Under the pieces are notes generated by a model. It saw only the letters and a program-made list of their open reading frames with translations, did no database searches and was not told where the DNA came from. From the NCBI RefSeq assembly GCF_006345805.1, contig NC_043002.1, positions 85,064,001-85,128,000 of the forward strand: DNA of 64,000 bases. The letters run 5' to 3'. This DNA comes from Octopus sinensis. Lineage: Eukaryota. The position numbers and the translations under genes were made by a program. The number at the start of each line of letters is the position of its first letter. Position 1 is the first letter of the stretch. Below, in pieces: positions 49,100 through 62,460 of the stretch.

Positions 49100-50030
49100 A
49101 TTTACATGCCTCAATAAAATTCACCAGGGAAAACACACAAGGGAAATACCATTTTAGACATACTTCTAATTAAAGAAAATAACACCATAAAACAAATCTC
49201 TTCTACAAACCTGCAGAGAAACATCAATATTTGAACTTTCATTCCTTCCATTCCTCACATACCAAAAGAAACATACCCTTTAATATTGCAAAACGAATTT
49301 GCACTATAGTAACAAATGCAGAATTAAGGGATAAAAGAATACAGGAATTGAGAATATTTCCAAAAGAACAAAAATATCCCTCTAGTTTAATTGACACAGC
49401 AGTTACCAAAGCAAAAATCATCCCAATTACAGGCATCAGAGCAAAACAAACACACAGAAATAAAATAAAACAAACACACAGGAATAAAAAAAAAAGCATT
49501 CCTTTTGTCATCACCGACAACCCAAGAAATCACGACATCATCAATACTGCAAACAGATACATGTCAATTCTTCAACAATCATCAAGAATGGACAAATTAA
49601 TAACAGATTCAAAAATAATTTATAGCAGACGTCAAGCACCCAACCTAAAAAAAGATCTTAACCCAAGCAAGATTTACAACTAAAGAAACAATAAAGAGAG
49701 TTAAAAAATGAGTGACCTTCGCTGTGGAATGTGTGATTACATTGAAGAAGAAGAACAAATTATTTTCAAAGACAGCAACACCTTTAAAATAAATGCAAAT
49801 ATGAATTGTAAATCCAGAAACCTAATATATTGTGCCACATGTCCCGAATGCAAAGAATACTACATTGGTGAAACGGGCATTGGACTATATGAGAGAGTAA
49901 GGGTACATAAACAACAAATCCATTATCCTTCCGTTAGAAACACAACTTGCAGTGAACACTTCGAAAATTGTGGGGAAAGGAAATTCAAAATATTCCCTTT
50001 CTTCAAACTATAGACAGAAAATGGACATTT
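49095..50030 (+). mobile_element. Penelope-like element 3' part: RT C-terminus/thumb plus GIY-YIG endonuclease (Neptune-like), frameshifted
   Basis: IKFT, FLDI, YKP..KHQYLNFHSFH..HTKRNIPF, RCGMC, NLIYCATCPECKEYYIGETG..ERVRVHK..CSEHF. Confidence 0.9.
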
Positions 50031-50503
50031 TCGTCAGGCTGAAAATACCAACCGAAACAGAAGAAAAAATAATACCAAAACCACCGGAACTATCGTCCCA
50101 AAAATCCACAGAAAAATAGCGCCAGAATAATGAGAACTACATATATGTATACACTCCTTTATGTACTTTATATATACGTGTGTATATATGTATGTGTGTA
50201 TAGGCGTATATATGTATCTCTCTGTGTGTGATGCATGCATGTATGTATGTGTGTGTGGTTGTATGTATACGTTTGTGCATGCGTGTGTGTGGTTGTATGT
50301 ATACGTATGTGCATGCGTGTGTGTGTTTTTATTTGTATGTATGCATACATACATCTACATATACATATGAACAGGTTAGTACAATTGTGTAGGTATGTAT
50401 ACACACATATGTATGTGTGTATAAGTGTGTGTCTTGAGATATGTTTAAACGTATATGTGTGTGCACATTTATGCATGTATATGTGTATATGTATGTGTGT
50501 ATG

Positions 50504-50538
<35 letters not shown>

Positions 50539-50702
50539 ATGTATGTATGTGTATATATATATATATATATATATGTGCGTGTATGTATGTGTATGTATAT
50601 ATATATGTGTGTGTGTAAGTGCATGTATATGTGTGAGTAGGTATCTGTGAGGGAAATGTAGATACATATATGCATGTATGTATGTATGTATGTATGTATG
50701 TA

Positions 50703-50733
<31 letters not shown>

Positions 50734-50834
50734 TTGTATATGTGTGTGTGATTATATGTGTGTATGTATATGTATATATGCATATGTGTATGTATGTACA
50801 AGCGCATGTGAGTATGTATATGCATGTATGTATG

Positions 50835-50866
<32 letters not shown>

Positions 50867-50893
50867 CACGTATATATGTATATGTGTATATAT

Positions 50894-51886
50894 CAGTGGC
50901 TCTCAAACTTTTAGAAGCTGTGGCACACTTGAAGCCTTACAAAGCATTGCAGGCACACTACACACAAAATGCTAAGGAATATAATGGTAAATGTAAAGAA
51001 ATGCAGAAATAACTGAAAAAAGGCTATATACCTTTATTCGAATCTATTTTGTACTGATGAGATGTATGTGCCTAGCGTGTCTTGGCAATTTCTTCAATGT
51101 TGGGAAGCGTGTATGATACGCAGACTCTCATTTCCTTGTCAATAGACAGAAAATTTGTTCTCTTTTTGCACTTGATATTGTTAAGAGTGGAAAATCCCAA
51201 TTCGCATAAATGCAATGTTGAAAATTGCCGTAAAATGGTTAAAGTGTTTTGGGATATTGGCTGGTATTCTTCTCTGATTGAAATCCAAAGCTTTTCTTCA
51301 ATCTACCATTGGTGGATATAGCTGCTAGCTCTTCGTCTTCGGCTTATGTTATACTAGCATCATCTGAAATTTCTATGAATGGATTTCGAATCCAAGCGTA
51401 TTGTTCAGTGTTAAGTGATGGAAAATAATAATTTAATTTGTCTTCCAAACTTGTCAAATGTTCAAGTATTAAAGGGAAGAAATCATAAGTTCTATTTATC
51501 AAAGGAAACATTTCCAAATTATCCTCAGAAGCTCTTTTCTTCCAGATAAATAGATTTTTTTTTCTGAAATGCTTTCATTTTATCAGTAGACATCAAAATA
51601 TTTTCTTCATTTCTTTGCATGATAGTATTCAAAATATTGAGGTGCTGCAATATATCAGCCAAATGCACTAATCTGCTTACCCAAAATTTACATCCATTTC
51701 TTAAAAAACTTCAGTAGCTCTTGTCGTAGCTTATATACACGATTAAGTACTTTCCCCTTTGAAAGCCACCTCACCTATGTGTGCAAAAGCAGGCGTCTGA
51801 GTTGTGAATCCATATCGACACAAAACTGTTCGAATAAACGTGACTTTACTGGTCTTGTTTTTATATAATTTACAATCTTCGGCAAT

Positions 51887-51919
<33 letters not shown>

Positions 51920-53000
51920 ATAGCATGGCCCCTGCGCAAGGATGACACGCAAATTCATGAAGCGTTCCATATTTTCTAAAATGGCGGTGTCCCAGCATGG
52001 CCACAGCTCGTGAGCTGAAACTAGATGAAATAAAAAAAAATCTCAACAGCTTGATTCAAGACTTCTCTTAATTTGTCGCCAAATGTTTTTTTCCATCAAT
52101 GCTTCTCTATAAGGAAAACAATGAGTTACGACGACATTTTCATTTTGCTTTTTTACAAAAGATGTAAGGCCCTTAACGCAGCCTGCCATTGATGGAGCTC
52201 CATCTGTACAAATACTGACACACGACTTCCACGATATTTGCCATTTGCACAGGTAATTATTCAAAATGTTGGAAGCATCTTTGCCCTTTGCAGTTGCACT
52301 TAATTCTTTGCAAAAAAGAAATTGATTTATAATTTGATCTTCATCAGTAAAACGAATAAATGCTAAGAGCTGCGCTTTGTTGGCATTGTCTGTTGACTCA
52401 TGAATTTGTAATGCAAAATTTGAATACTGAAGTTTATTACTTCAAACATTTTTCTCGAAATTAGATTACATTTCTAGAATACGTCTGTGAACAGTACCGT
52501 TGGACAGAAGGATCTTATTTATTTATTGCTGCTCCATTTTCCAGCATTGCAGAATGAGTAACTCGCCTAAAGTATGAGCTTTCGTATTTTGTGCTATCAG
52601 TTCTGAAACCTCGTAAGAAGCGATTATACTCGTAAGAAGCGTCATTATACTTTCGAAAGAGTTTCCTACTATTGTCTGCTGTTCTAACAATCTTTTGAAA
52701 TAACTTTTACATTTACCTTGTAAATGAGAGAGCTTCGTTTTAAAATGCTTGTTCAGTTTACTAGGAGCCAATGATTCGTTTGACATTTTACATTCACATA
52801 TTAAACATAGCGGGAAAAGATCATCAATATTTCCAGTTCAATGGAAACCAAATCCTAGATATCATTCGTCGTATTTGCGAGTAGACCACGCTTTGGCTTA
52901 CTTACTGGAATTGTTTGCGCTGTGTTCAATTCCGGAATCACATTCACGTTTTTGTTTTAGAAATCTACCTATTTGTATGGGTGTCTAATTGTATATTTAT
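50894..53000 (-). mobile_element. hAT (Buster/Charlie-type) transposon pseudogene
   Basis: CAGTGGCTCTCAAAC terminus; RKYDE, CLICECKMSNESLAPSKLNKHFKTK, ICTDGAPSM, THCF.YREAL, LLLHT.VRWLSKGKVL. Confidence 0.9.
51879..52038 (+). pseudogene. U6: U6 snRNA retrocopy fused to a retroposon 3' tail, 5-bp TSD
   Basis: 51877-51975 matches U6 (ACAGAGA box, gcatggcccctgcgcaaggatgacacgcaaatt, gaagcgttccatatttt); TSD aatct at 51874-51878 and 52039-52043. Confidence 0.92.
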
Positions 53001-53167
53001 CTGAAACTTTTATCTACCGTTTACTTTTAACAAATGCAATACTATAATAAACTAAAATACCATAAAGTATTAAAGTTTTAGGTGGGTAGATAGATATATC
53101 ATTGACAGGAATATGTCACGAAAGGACGTTCTACTATTTACCACGACACTTCCACTTGCAGAATCTA

Positions 53168-54360
53168 CAGGGGTTGGATAAAATAATGGAAACACTTTAA
53201 AATTTCAAACAAATTTATTTTGACATGGAGTAGGGCCACCTTTGGCAGTAATTAAAGATTGAATTCTATGAGGTAAGGACTCGTACAAAGTTTGAATTGT
53301 TTTCAAAGGAATTTTTGTCCATTCTTCAACTAAAACAGTCTGCAGTTCTTGTAGTGATGATGGTGGAGGATATCGACTCCTTACTTGTTTTTCTAAAATG
53401 CACCATAAATGTTCCATAATATTGAGATCTGGGGGCTGTGGTGGCCAGATAAGATGTTCAACTTCACTAGAATGTTCTTCGTGCCATTCAGTAACAACTT
53501 CAGCTGTGTGAATTGGTGCATTATCATCCTGAAAGATTGCGTTTCCCTCCGGAAACAGTTCCGCAACCATGGGATGAATTTGATCAGATAAAATGCTTAA
53601 ATAGTCTTGACTATTAATTCTGCAATGAAGGGATACCATTGGGCCGGCGGATTTCCAAGATATAGCCGATCCTCCTCCATGTTTAACAGTTGGAAGAAGG
53701 CAGTCTGGGTCAAATGCTTCTTTTGGCTGTCTCTAAGTGTATACTCGGCCGGTGGTCGGAAATAAGGTAAAGGATTACTTGTCCGAGAAAATAACATTCT
53801 TCCACTGCTCTAGGGAACAATTCTGTAGGTTTTTACACTACTCTAATCGCTTTGCAACGTTTGTTTTTGAAAGTAGTGTTTTACTGAAATCCGTCTTTGT
53901 GCAGCTCCCGGCGAATAGTTTTTGTGGAAACAGGGTTCTTGGAGTGGTCATTAAGCTCTGCAGTAATTTTGGGAGCTGTACATTTCAGATCCTTTCTAAC
54001 AATTCACGTAAGAGTCCGACGGTCCCTATCTGAAAGTTTTGGTTTTCTTCCGGAGTTTTTTGTTTCGACGAGGAGGTTTTTCCCTCTTTCTCAAAGGCTG
54101 TCATTACTTTCGAGACAGTATGTCTTGATACACCAAACATTTCGGCTGTTTTCGTTACGCTAGCGCCTGCCATACCAGCACTAACAATTTCACCGCTTTG
54201 AAAGTCCTATAGATCTATCATTTTAATGAATTTTAATTACCTTTTTCTGGTGATATCTGAAAAGAAACGGCAATTTTAGCAAAACATATTAAGCAACACT
54301 AATAATAAACCAAATAACATAAAAATAAACAAGCTTTTGACAGTTTTATAGATATTTCAA
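53168..54360 (-). mobile_element. Tc1 (DD34E) transposase pseudogene, one TIR visible
   Basis: FQDDNAPIH, WPPQPPDLNIMEHLW, MFGVSRHTVSKV; ta-CAGGGGTTGGATAAAATAATGGAAACAC end. Confidence 0.92.
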
Positions 54361-54650
54361 AATTATGAAAAAAAACAAAGAGAACTTAAGGAAAAAACAT
54401 CGATCAGACTGACCGGTGTAATTCAATATAGTTGCCTTGCTCAAAAATTAGCCCAGGGTAGGGGACAATCAGAAAAAGTAGGAACAAAAAACGAATATAT
54501 GAAGGAGAAAATGCTATAAAATTACAAGTGATAGAAAAATTGTATAGACTTAACACATAAAGATATACAGTCATAAACATACATACATACACACATACAC
54601 AACACACGCATATATATGCAAAAAATGTACATACACTCACATATACACAT

Positions 54651-55050
54651 GGAGTGGCTGTGTGGTAAGTAGCTTGCTAACCAACCACATGGTTCCGGGT
54701 TCAGTCCCACTGCGTGGCATCTTGGGCAAGTGTCTTCTGCTATAGCCCCGGGCCGACCAATGCCTTGTGAGTGGATTTGGTAGACGGAAACTGAAAGAAG
54801 CCTGTCGTATATATGTATATATATGTATATGTGTGTTTGTGTGTCTGTGTTTGTCCCCATTAGCATTGCTTGACAACCGATGCTGGTGTGTTTATGTCCC
54901 CGTCACTTAGTGGTTCGGCAAAAAAGAGACCGATAGAATAAGTACTGGGCTTACAAAGAATAAGTCCCGGGGTCGATTTGCTCGACTAAAGGCGGTGCTC
55001 CAGCATGGCCGCAGTCAAATGACTGAAACAAGTAAAAGAGTAAAAGAGTA
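54651..55050 (+). mobile_element. SINE family A full copy
   Basis: A/B boxes (gtggctgtgtggtaag, ggttcagtcc), internal microsatellite, (gtaaaaga)n tail. Confidence 0.92.
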
Positions 55051-55104
55051 AAACATAACCTAAAAGTGTAATAAAAGTTAATAAGAAAAAGGCAAAGAGG
55101 TAAT

Positions 55105-56017
55105 CAGTAAGACTATTTAAGGTTAATGAAAAGGAATTTAGACATATTTTTACAGTGGAAAACTCTTTCATCTCTCAAATTTAAGATAGAACCGTTCATT
55201 TTCATAATTATATAAGACTTTTCAAGGCATAAAAGGCACGTTCTATTTCTAATCCTATAAGAGTGGGCAGAAAAACAATATTCCAAGGAATTTATGTTGT
55301 TTCTTTTAAGTGCCATACCTTTTTGGATGAACTAGTGCTACTTTCTTTCCAAGGATCATTAAAAGATGATTTATGATTATTCAAACGTAATTTAAAGGGG
55401 TCTGCGTGCAACCTGTATATGAGACCTAGAGAGATCATGTGTTGTGATAGTAGCTTTATATACAACATTTTTCATTTTACCATTACTTTTAACCTCACAG
55501 GTGCTAGGTTTTCTACAGTTACAATTGCTACTAGTTTTAGGCGTACTATTGTTATGTGTGTGTTGATAGAGGAAGAGTTTGTGTGAGTATGAGAATCGTT
55601 GGAAGAAGATACGGAGCTATTTGAATAATTGGGGTTAGTATAAGTATTAGAAGGGGTTAAATTCTTGTAGTAAAGATTTAGTTTTCTATTGTTAAAGGAA
55701 GAAATAATCCTAAATAAGTTAGGAGAAACAGAAAAGCCAAATCTAATCATTCAGTTATTGAATATTCCAGCATACCGAGATTTACTAAAATTTGATTTAA
55801 TAATAGAACGAATAGACTTTATAAAATTAGACTTCAAATGTTTAGTAAAAGGAAATATAATCCAAATTATGTTATTATTGTGTTCTTATTGGTATGGTGG
55901 TTTTTATTAGATGGATCACCCGTTCGGAAGAAAGGTATAGGTTTCTTTTTACCTCTCGCATTAACATCACTAACAATGCTATTCTTATTATTATTGTTAT
56001 TATTAATATTATTAATA

Positions 56018-56077
<60 letters not shown>

Positions 56078-56102
56078 ACTTTATTATTATTATTATTATT
56101 GC

Positions 56103-56142
<40 letters not shown>

Positions 56143-56395
56143 GGCACGTAAAAAGCACCATCCCATCGTGGCCGTTTGCCAGCTTCGTCTGGCACCTGTG
56201 CCGATGGCACGTAAAAAGCACCCACTACACTCACGGAATGGTTGGCATTAGGAAGGGCATCCAGCCGTAGAAACATTGCCAGATCAGACTGGGCCTGGTG
56301 CAGCCTTCTGGCTTCCCAGACCTCAGTTGAACCGTCCAACCCAAGCTAGCATGGAAAGCGGACGCTAAACGATTATTATTATTATTATTATTATT

Positions 56396-56434
<39 letters not shown>

Positions 56435-56900
56435 ATTATTAAGAAAATATTGGACATCATTAGAGTTGGTTTTGTAGTTGTATGGGGGATTTAGAGTATG
56501 TGAAGAAATAAGAGAAGATTCTTTTGTGAAAAGACTTTGTTTCGTGCTATTACTTCCGGCTATGTTAATGTTTTCCTCGTAATGACTGCTAGTGACATAA
56601 CAATTGTTTGCCTTATTAGAAATATAGAGATTGATAGAAATCTGGTTAGTAAAAGTCTTGTTATTTAGTCCATAGTTTGTTTTTTCCCCCTTTTTATGGT
56701 GGAGTTAGCTTTACAAATATACTTCATAGAGTTAAGTTGCGTACCAGGGCGTTCCAATTCATGATGGTGTTTAGAAATTGTGGTGTGTTTATTGGAGTTC
56801 ATATCCATTTAGCTGTTGTTATGATTGGAAGAATCATTGTTAAATTTGCTGTACTTAATTTGATATTTATAACCAGCATTTCTAAGAGCTAGACTGTAAT
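55105..56900 (-). mobile_element. Decayed Penelope-like element (thumb, linker, GIY-YIG), interrupted by (ATT)n and a SINE tail
   Basis: ALRNAGYKYQIKY, FGFSVSPNLFRIISSFN, VVYKATIT, CLLCLEKSYII..LNLRDE..C. Confidence 0.7.
56141..56372 (+). mobile_element. 3' part of a fourth SINE family (D)
   Basis: ggcacgtaaaaagcacc x2, ggttggcattaggaagggcatccagccgtagaaac, gcatggaaagcggacgctaaacgattatt tail. Confidence 0.75.
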
Positions 56901-56910
56901 AGTCTTTATG

Positions 56911-57130
56911 CTTACTCTTTAACTTGTTTCAGTCATTTTTGACTGCGGCCATGCCGGAGCACCGCCTTTAGTCGAAGAAATCGACCCCAGGGCTTATACT
57001 TTGTAAGCCTAGTACTTATTCTATCGGTCTCTTTTGCCGAACCGCTAAGTTACGGGGACGTAAACACACTAGCATCGGTTGTCAAGCGATGTTGGGGGAC
57101 AAACACAGACACACAAACATACACACACAC

Positions 57131-57164
<34 letters not shown>

Positions 57165-57187
57165 GAAAGAAGCCCGTCGTATATACG

Positions 57188-57259
<72 letters not shown>

Positions 57260-57438
57260 ACAAATATACATATACGTATATACGACGGGCTGCTTTCAGT
57301 TTCCCTCTACCAAATCCACTCACAAGGCTTTGGTCGGCCCGAGGCTATAGTAGAAGATACTTGCCCAAGGTACCATGCAGTGGGACTGAACCCGGAACCA
57401 TGTGGTTGGTAAGCAAGCTACTTACCACAGAGCCACTC
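56911..57438 (-). mobile_element. SINE family A full copy with an expanded (TA)n
   Basis: Reverse complement of the family consensus. Confidence 0.9.
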
Positions 57439-57581
57439 AAATTTCTTCATTCGAGGATAATGAGTTAATTCTATATTCAATGTTATAAGTTATGTTATCA
57501 AGTTATTAGAAGAAATATATATGTGCATATATGTGTGTGTGTGTGTGTATGTGTGTGTGTATGTATGTGTACATATACGTG

Positions 57582-57612
<31 letters not shown>

Positions 57613-57915
57613 ATATATATGTATATATATATATATGTGTGTAGATATATATATGTATATGTGTATGTGCATGTATATATGGATATATACGTATGTATGT
57701 ATGTATATATACATATATATATACATGTATTATATATAAATATTGTATGTATGAGTGTGTGTATATATGTAAACATATATGTGTGCGTATACGTGTATGC
57801 ATATGTATGTATGTACGCATATATGGATATATATGTGTGTGTACATGCAAAAGTATAAAGGTTAAGAGGCATATAAGTATATAAGTATGTGTATGTGTGT
57901 ATGTGTATATATACA

Positions 57916-57995
<80 letters not shown>

Positions 57996-58297
57996 ACCAT
58001 ATCTCCTGTGAGAACTTAATAGGTGACCTCAAATCCATAAACACCTCACAAATCATCTTTTGACAAAATACAACAATAATGACCACTCCAAAATATCCCA
58101 CTTCCTTATTCTTGGTGGACTTAGAACTCTTCTCCCCACTGTTCTCAGTTACTATTAATCTTATTTTTATTTTTTATTTTTATATTCATTTATTTTTCAT
58201 GATTTCATTTGCTATTTACTCTTCTTCTTTTTCTTCTTCTTCTCCGCCTTCTTTCTTCTTTCCTCTTGTTGCTGCTGTTATTATTGTTCTTTTTTGC

Positions 58298-58328
<31 letters not shown>

Positions 58329-58419
58329 CTTCTTCTTCTTCTTCTTCTTCTTTTTCTTCTTCACACATGTTTTTGTATTCTTTATATACGTGTGTGGTGT
58401 GTGTGTGTGTGTGAGTCTG

Positions 58420-58610
58420 TATATATGTTTGTGTGTCTGTGTTTGCCCCCCCCAACATGCTGCAGTGTTTACGTCCCCCTAACTTAGCGGTTCGGCAAAA
58501 GAGACCGAGAGAATAAGTACTAGGCTTACAAAGAATAAGTCCTGGGGTCGATTTGCTCGACGAAAGGCGGTGCTCCAGCATGGCCGCAGTCAAATGACTG
58601 AAACAAGTCG
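58420..58610 (+). mobile_element. SINE family A 3' half
   Basis: cttagcggttcggcaaaagagacc...gcagtcaaatgactgaaacaag. Confidence 0.88.
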
Positions 58611-58810
58611 ATTTTTTGTGTCGATTTTTTTTATGTACACCATATCAAAAGGCAGTCACTCTACCAGATGTCTTCCGGCGTTAACGTTATCATCTACTAT
58701 ATTCTTCAGAGAATATCCAATTTCTTAAAACAGAAATAACTTCACAGTTACAAAATATTCAATCACTCTGAAAAAATCGCAAGAGGAGACTGTCACTTGC
58801 TAGAATATGT

Positions 58811-59182
58811 GGATCTTTTCGGTTTGAACGGCAGTTTTTTCTAGTGGTGTCATATGAAATTGTCACCCATAATTATGACCCTAGAATCGACCTATTGCAT
58901 TTCAATCTCTTTAAGGGTTAGTTAGGGTTAGGTTAGGGGTGGGGGGAAGGGTATCTTTTTTTCTTCACAAATGTAAATAAACCCAATCTGTTTCTTAAAC
59001 GAGGGACATATTCATACGGCACAGAATGCTTTTTAACTCAATAGACGTCACTGATTGGTTGAACACAATAAAGCCAAGAGAAAAGGATGTTTTATAAACA
59101 TATTATACCAGTATACAAAGTTTAAAATCTTTTAGTTACCTAGAAATTATGTTAAAAACTGCCGTTCAAACCGAAAGGATCC
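58811..59182 (+). mobile_element. GGATC-TIR MITE copy
   Basis: TSD gaatatgt/gaatatgc; homologous to 39550-39967. Confidence 0.88.
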
Positions 59183-59655
59183 GAATATGCTATATTATCC
59201 AATTACCGATATATGATTTGTATGCGTATGTGTATCTTCATGTGTCTGTATATGTTTGCATGTGTGTGTGTGTATGTGTGTGTGTGTGTGTTTATGTGTG
59301 TGTGTGTGTGTGTACATATATATAACTCATATGTATATAGTTCAAATTTACCGAAAACAAAAGACGAACAGGTAGGTGTATTAGTTTCACGCTCGGGAGA
59401 AATAGAAAAGTCTTTTACGTTTCAAGCCCACGCTGTTCGAAAACATACACAAGCACAGAAATATTCACACAAAAAAATTTCCGTCTGTGTGTATAGTGAC
59501 GCATACACAAACATTTGGATGAAAGCGCACATGCGCACACAGATACATTACGTACATACATAGATACTTATACGCAAATGTGTATGCACTTATATGTATG
59601 TGCATTCATATATATATATATATTCATATGTATATATAGATAGTAAATATATATG

Positions 59656-59704
<49 letters not shown>

Positions 59705-59723
59705 ATATACGTCTATATATGTC

Positions 59724-59780
<57 letters not shown>

Positions 59781-59783
59781 ATG

Positions 59784-59815
<32 letters not shown>

Positions 59816-59841
59816 TATTATATATAATATATATATATATA

Positions 59842-59894
<53 letters not shown>

Positions 59895-59916
59895 AAGTTA
59901 ATCCAAACAAGAAAGC

Positions 59917-60088
59917 ACAAAAAAAAACACAATAACGCGAGGACGTGGAACAAATATAGTATTATTGGACGCTCAGGAAAGAAGGAAAGAAGGAGGGTTT
60001 AACGGTTCGAGCGGAGCTCTTCGTCGGAAACATAGGAGAAGGAAAGATCCAGAGAAGGGAAGACAGAGGAAAAAAAATCGCCAACCAT
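59917..60088 (-). mobile_element. Short pLTR-like element with a mutated minimal hammerhead (59997-60031; CCGACGA, GAACC)
   Basis: Reverse complement of 29716-29912. Confidence 0.75.
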
Positions 60089-60236
60089 TATATATATATA
60101 TTATATATACATATATATACATACGCATATATAATGTGTTATATATGTGTTTGTATACTTGTGTGTATATGTGTGTGTGTATTCTTTTACTTGTTTCATT
60201 CATTTGACTGTGGCCATGCTGGGGCACCGCCTAATA

Positions 60237-60302
<66 letters not shown>

Positions 60303-60631
60303 GCGTGCGTGTGTACTAGATAAAGATATTTATCGCCGGTCTACGGGGTTGCCCATGGTTTCACGTTCATAAAGTGCATAACTTTACAACGTCTCCTCAG
60401 ACCCAAATGACCGGTGGCCTGTAACCTCTATTCAAAAGAAAATCCACGTCGCAAGTTGTTGAACACACAGAGAAGGTGGAAAAGTTAAGTGCAAGGGATT
60501 GTCTCCCTTAGACCACTATCCGTAAACGACCCGGTCGACTTGTGGGTCGACTTCAGTACGAATCTTAACAAAGTAAGCGAGGTTCGAAGACTTCCGTCCT
60601 GGAGATGTTTCCCGGGTCGAGGGAATTCTTT

Positions 60632-61050
60632 TGATCTTTTCGGTTTGAACAGCAGTTTTTAACATAATTTCTAGGTAACTAAAAAATTTTAAACTTCGTA
60701 TACTGGTAGAATGTGTTTATAAAACATCTTTTTTTCCTTGGCTTTATTGAGAAAATTCTATAGTTTGTAAGATATTTTTTTGTTTTTTTTTCTTCAATTT
60801 CTGCAATTTCAACCAATCAATGACGTCCATTGAGGTAAACAACATTCTGTGCCGTATGACTATGTCCCTCGTTTAAGAAACAGATTGGGTTTATTTACAT
60901 TTGTGAAGAAAAAAAGATACCCTTCCCCCACACCTAACCCTAACCCTAAAACAGATTGAAATGCAATAGATCGATACTAGGGTCATAATTATGGATGACA
61001 ATTTCATATGACACCACTAGAAAAAACTGCAGTTCAAACCGAAAATATCC
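60632..61050 (-). mobile_element. GGATC-TIR MITE copy
   Basis: TSD aattcttt at 60624-60631 and 61051-61058. Confidence 0.88.
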
Positions 61051-61388
61051 AATTCTTTAATATCCTCGCCCGTTCAGTTATGCACAACTTGCAATGCTTG
61101 GTCCCGTTGATGTACACTGGCCATTGTGGTCTGAAGGAACACTGTAAAAGCTAAGCGCTTTATAACCGAGCGCCTATAATTCGTTGTCCAAACCGAACAA
61201 CGAATTGTGTCACTACCCCAAGAAGGTGAGGTGTGATTCGAACTCAGAACTCAAAGAACCGAAACAAATACCACAAGGTATCCAGTTCCATTAACCCATT
61301 GTCTTGGGCTGATACTTTTTTTGTCGTTTTTTTTTTTATCCACCCCGAAAGGATAAAAGGTAAAGTTGACCTCGGTGGTATTTGAACT

Positions 61389-61616
61389 GGTGAGCTGGCA
61401 GAAACGTTAGCACGCCGGGCGAAATGCGTAGCCGTATTTCGTCTGCCGCTACGTTCTGAGTTCAAATTCCGCCGAGGTCGACTTTGTCTTTCATCCTTTC
61501 GGGGTCGATTAAATATGTACCAGTTACGCACTGGGGTCGATATAATCGACTTAATCCGTTTGTCTGTCCTTGTTTGTCCTCTCTGTGTTTAGCCCCTTGT
61601 GGGTAGTAAAGAAATA
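61389..61616 (+). mobile_element. SINE B full copy inserted into an antisense SINE B, 12-bp TSD
   Basis: TSD ggtatttgaact at 61377-61388 and 61617-61628. Confidence 0.9.
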
Positions 61617-61992
61617 GGTATTTGAACTTGGCGTGCAGCGAGACATAACAAATGAAAAACATTTGTATTATTTATTCTCTAACAAAATAATGATTGATAC
61701 TACAGTATTATTACAGCTTTCAATGGTGAATCATACCAGTGGTCGCTCGATCTGCTACAAGTAGCGCGCAAAATTCTTTCAAATTACGTCCTACTGTCCT
61801 AAACAAGGAATAGCCGCACTGAATAATACACGCCTATATATTCCCTAAAACGACAGGATGGTCAGGTCAGAAAAGTCTTTTTCTCCATGGTCCTATCTAT
61901 CCTGAAGAGGCTAAACTGTAGTAACTGATATATATATAACTAGGTTCCCTCGTTCTACCATATACAACGAAATAGCGATGCCCAGGCACAAA

Positions 61993-62460
61993 TTCTTCTA
62001 CTTCTTCTTCTTCTTCTTCTTACAGTATTCACCCGGGGTGGATTGAGCTGGCTTCATTCATCCTCAATGCAGCATCTCTCACAAACGCCGACCAGGCCTG
62101 GCGATTTGAGGCTAACGACCGCGTGATCTCCAACCACTCCTTATTCCAGTGGCGAACGCCGTAGATATCGGGGCCTTGGTTGGGTTCCAGATCAGCCTTG
62201 ACTGTCATCAGCCAGGTTTTTCGTTGTCCACCACATCGCTTTCGCCAACCTTGAAGGGGAGCTGGGGCAATTGCTTCGTAGATGAACTCTCCTGGTTGAC
62301 GACGGAGGGCATGACCCAGCCAACGCAGACGTCTCGTTATGATGACTTGTCGGAGGGAGGTGATTCTGCACTGGTGTCGCACCTAATTGTTGGGGACAAA
62401 GTGATGACATCGGACACGAAGGAACGCCGCAGGCACAAATTGGCCGTTCGTGATTGGTTA
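61993..62460 (-). mobile_element. RTE-like LINE 3' end with (GAA)n tail
   Basis: RRLRWLGHALRR...GGQRKTWLMTVKADL...NRQAWSAFV, then gaagaagaa. Confidence 0.85.

Noticed and set aside
51877-51975. Functional U6 snRNA gene
   Set aside because: The first nucleotides are missing, there is no upstream promoter (the flank is hAT coding sequence), and it has a TSD and fused tail.
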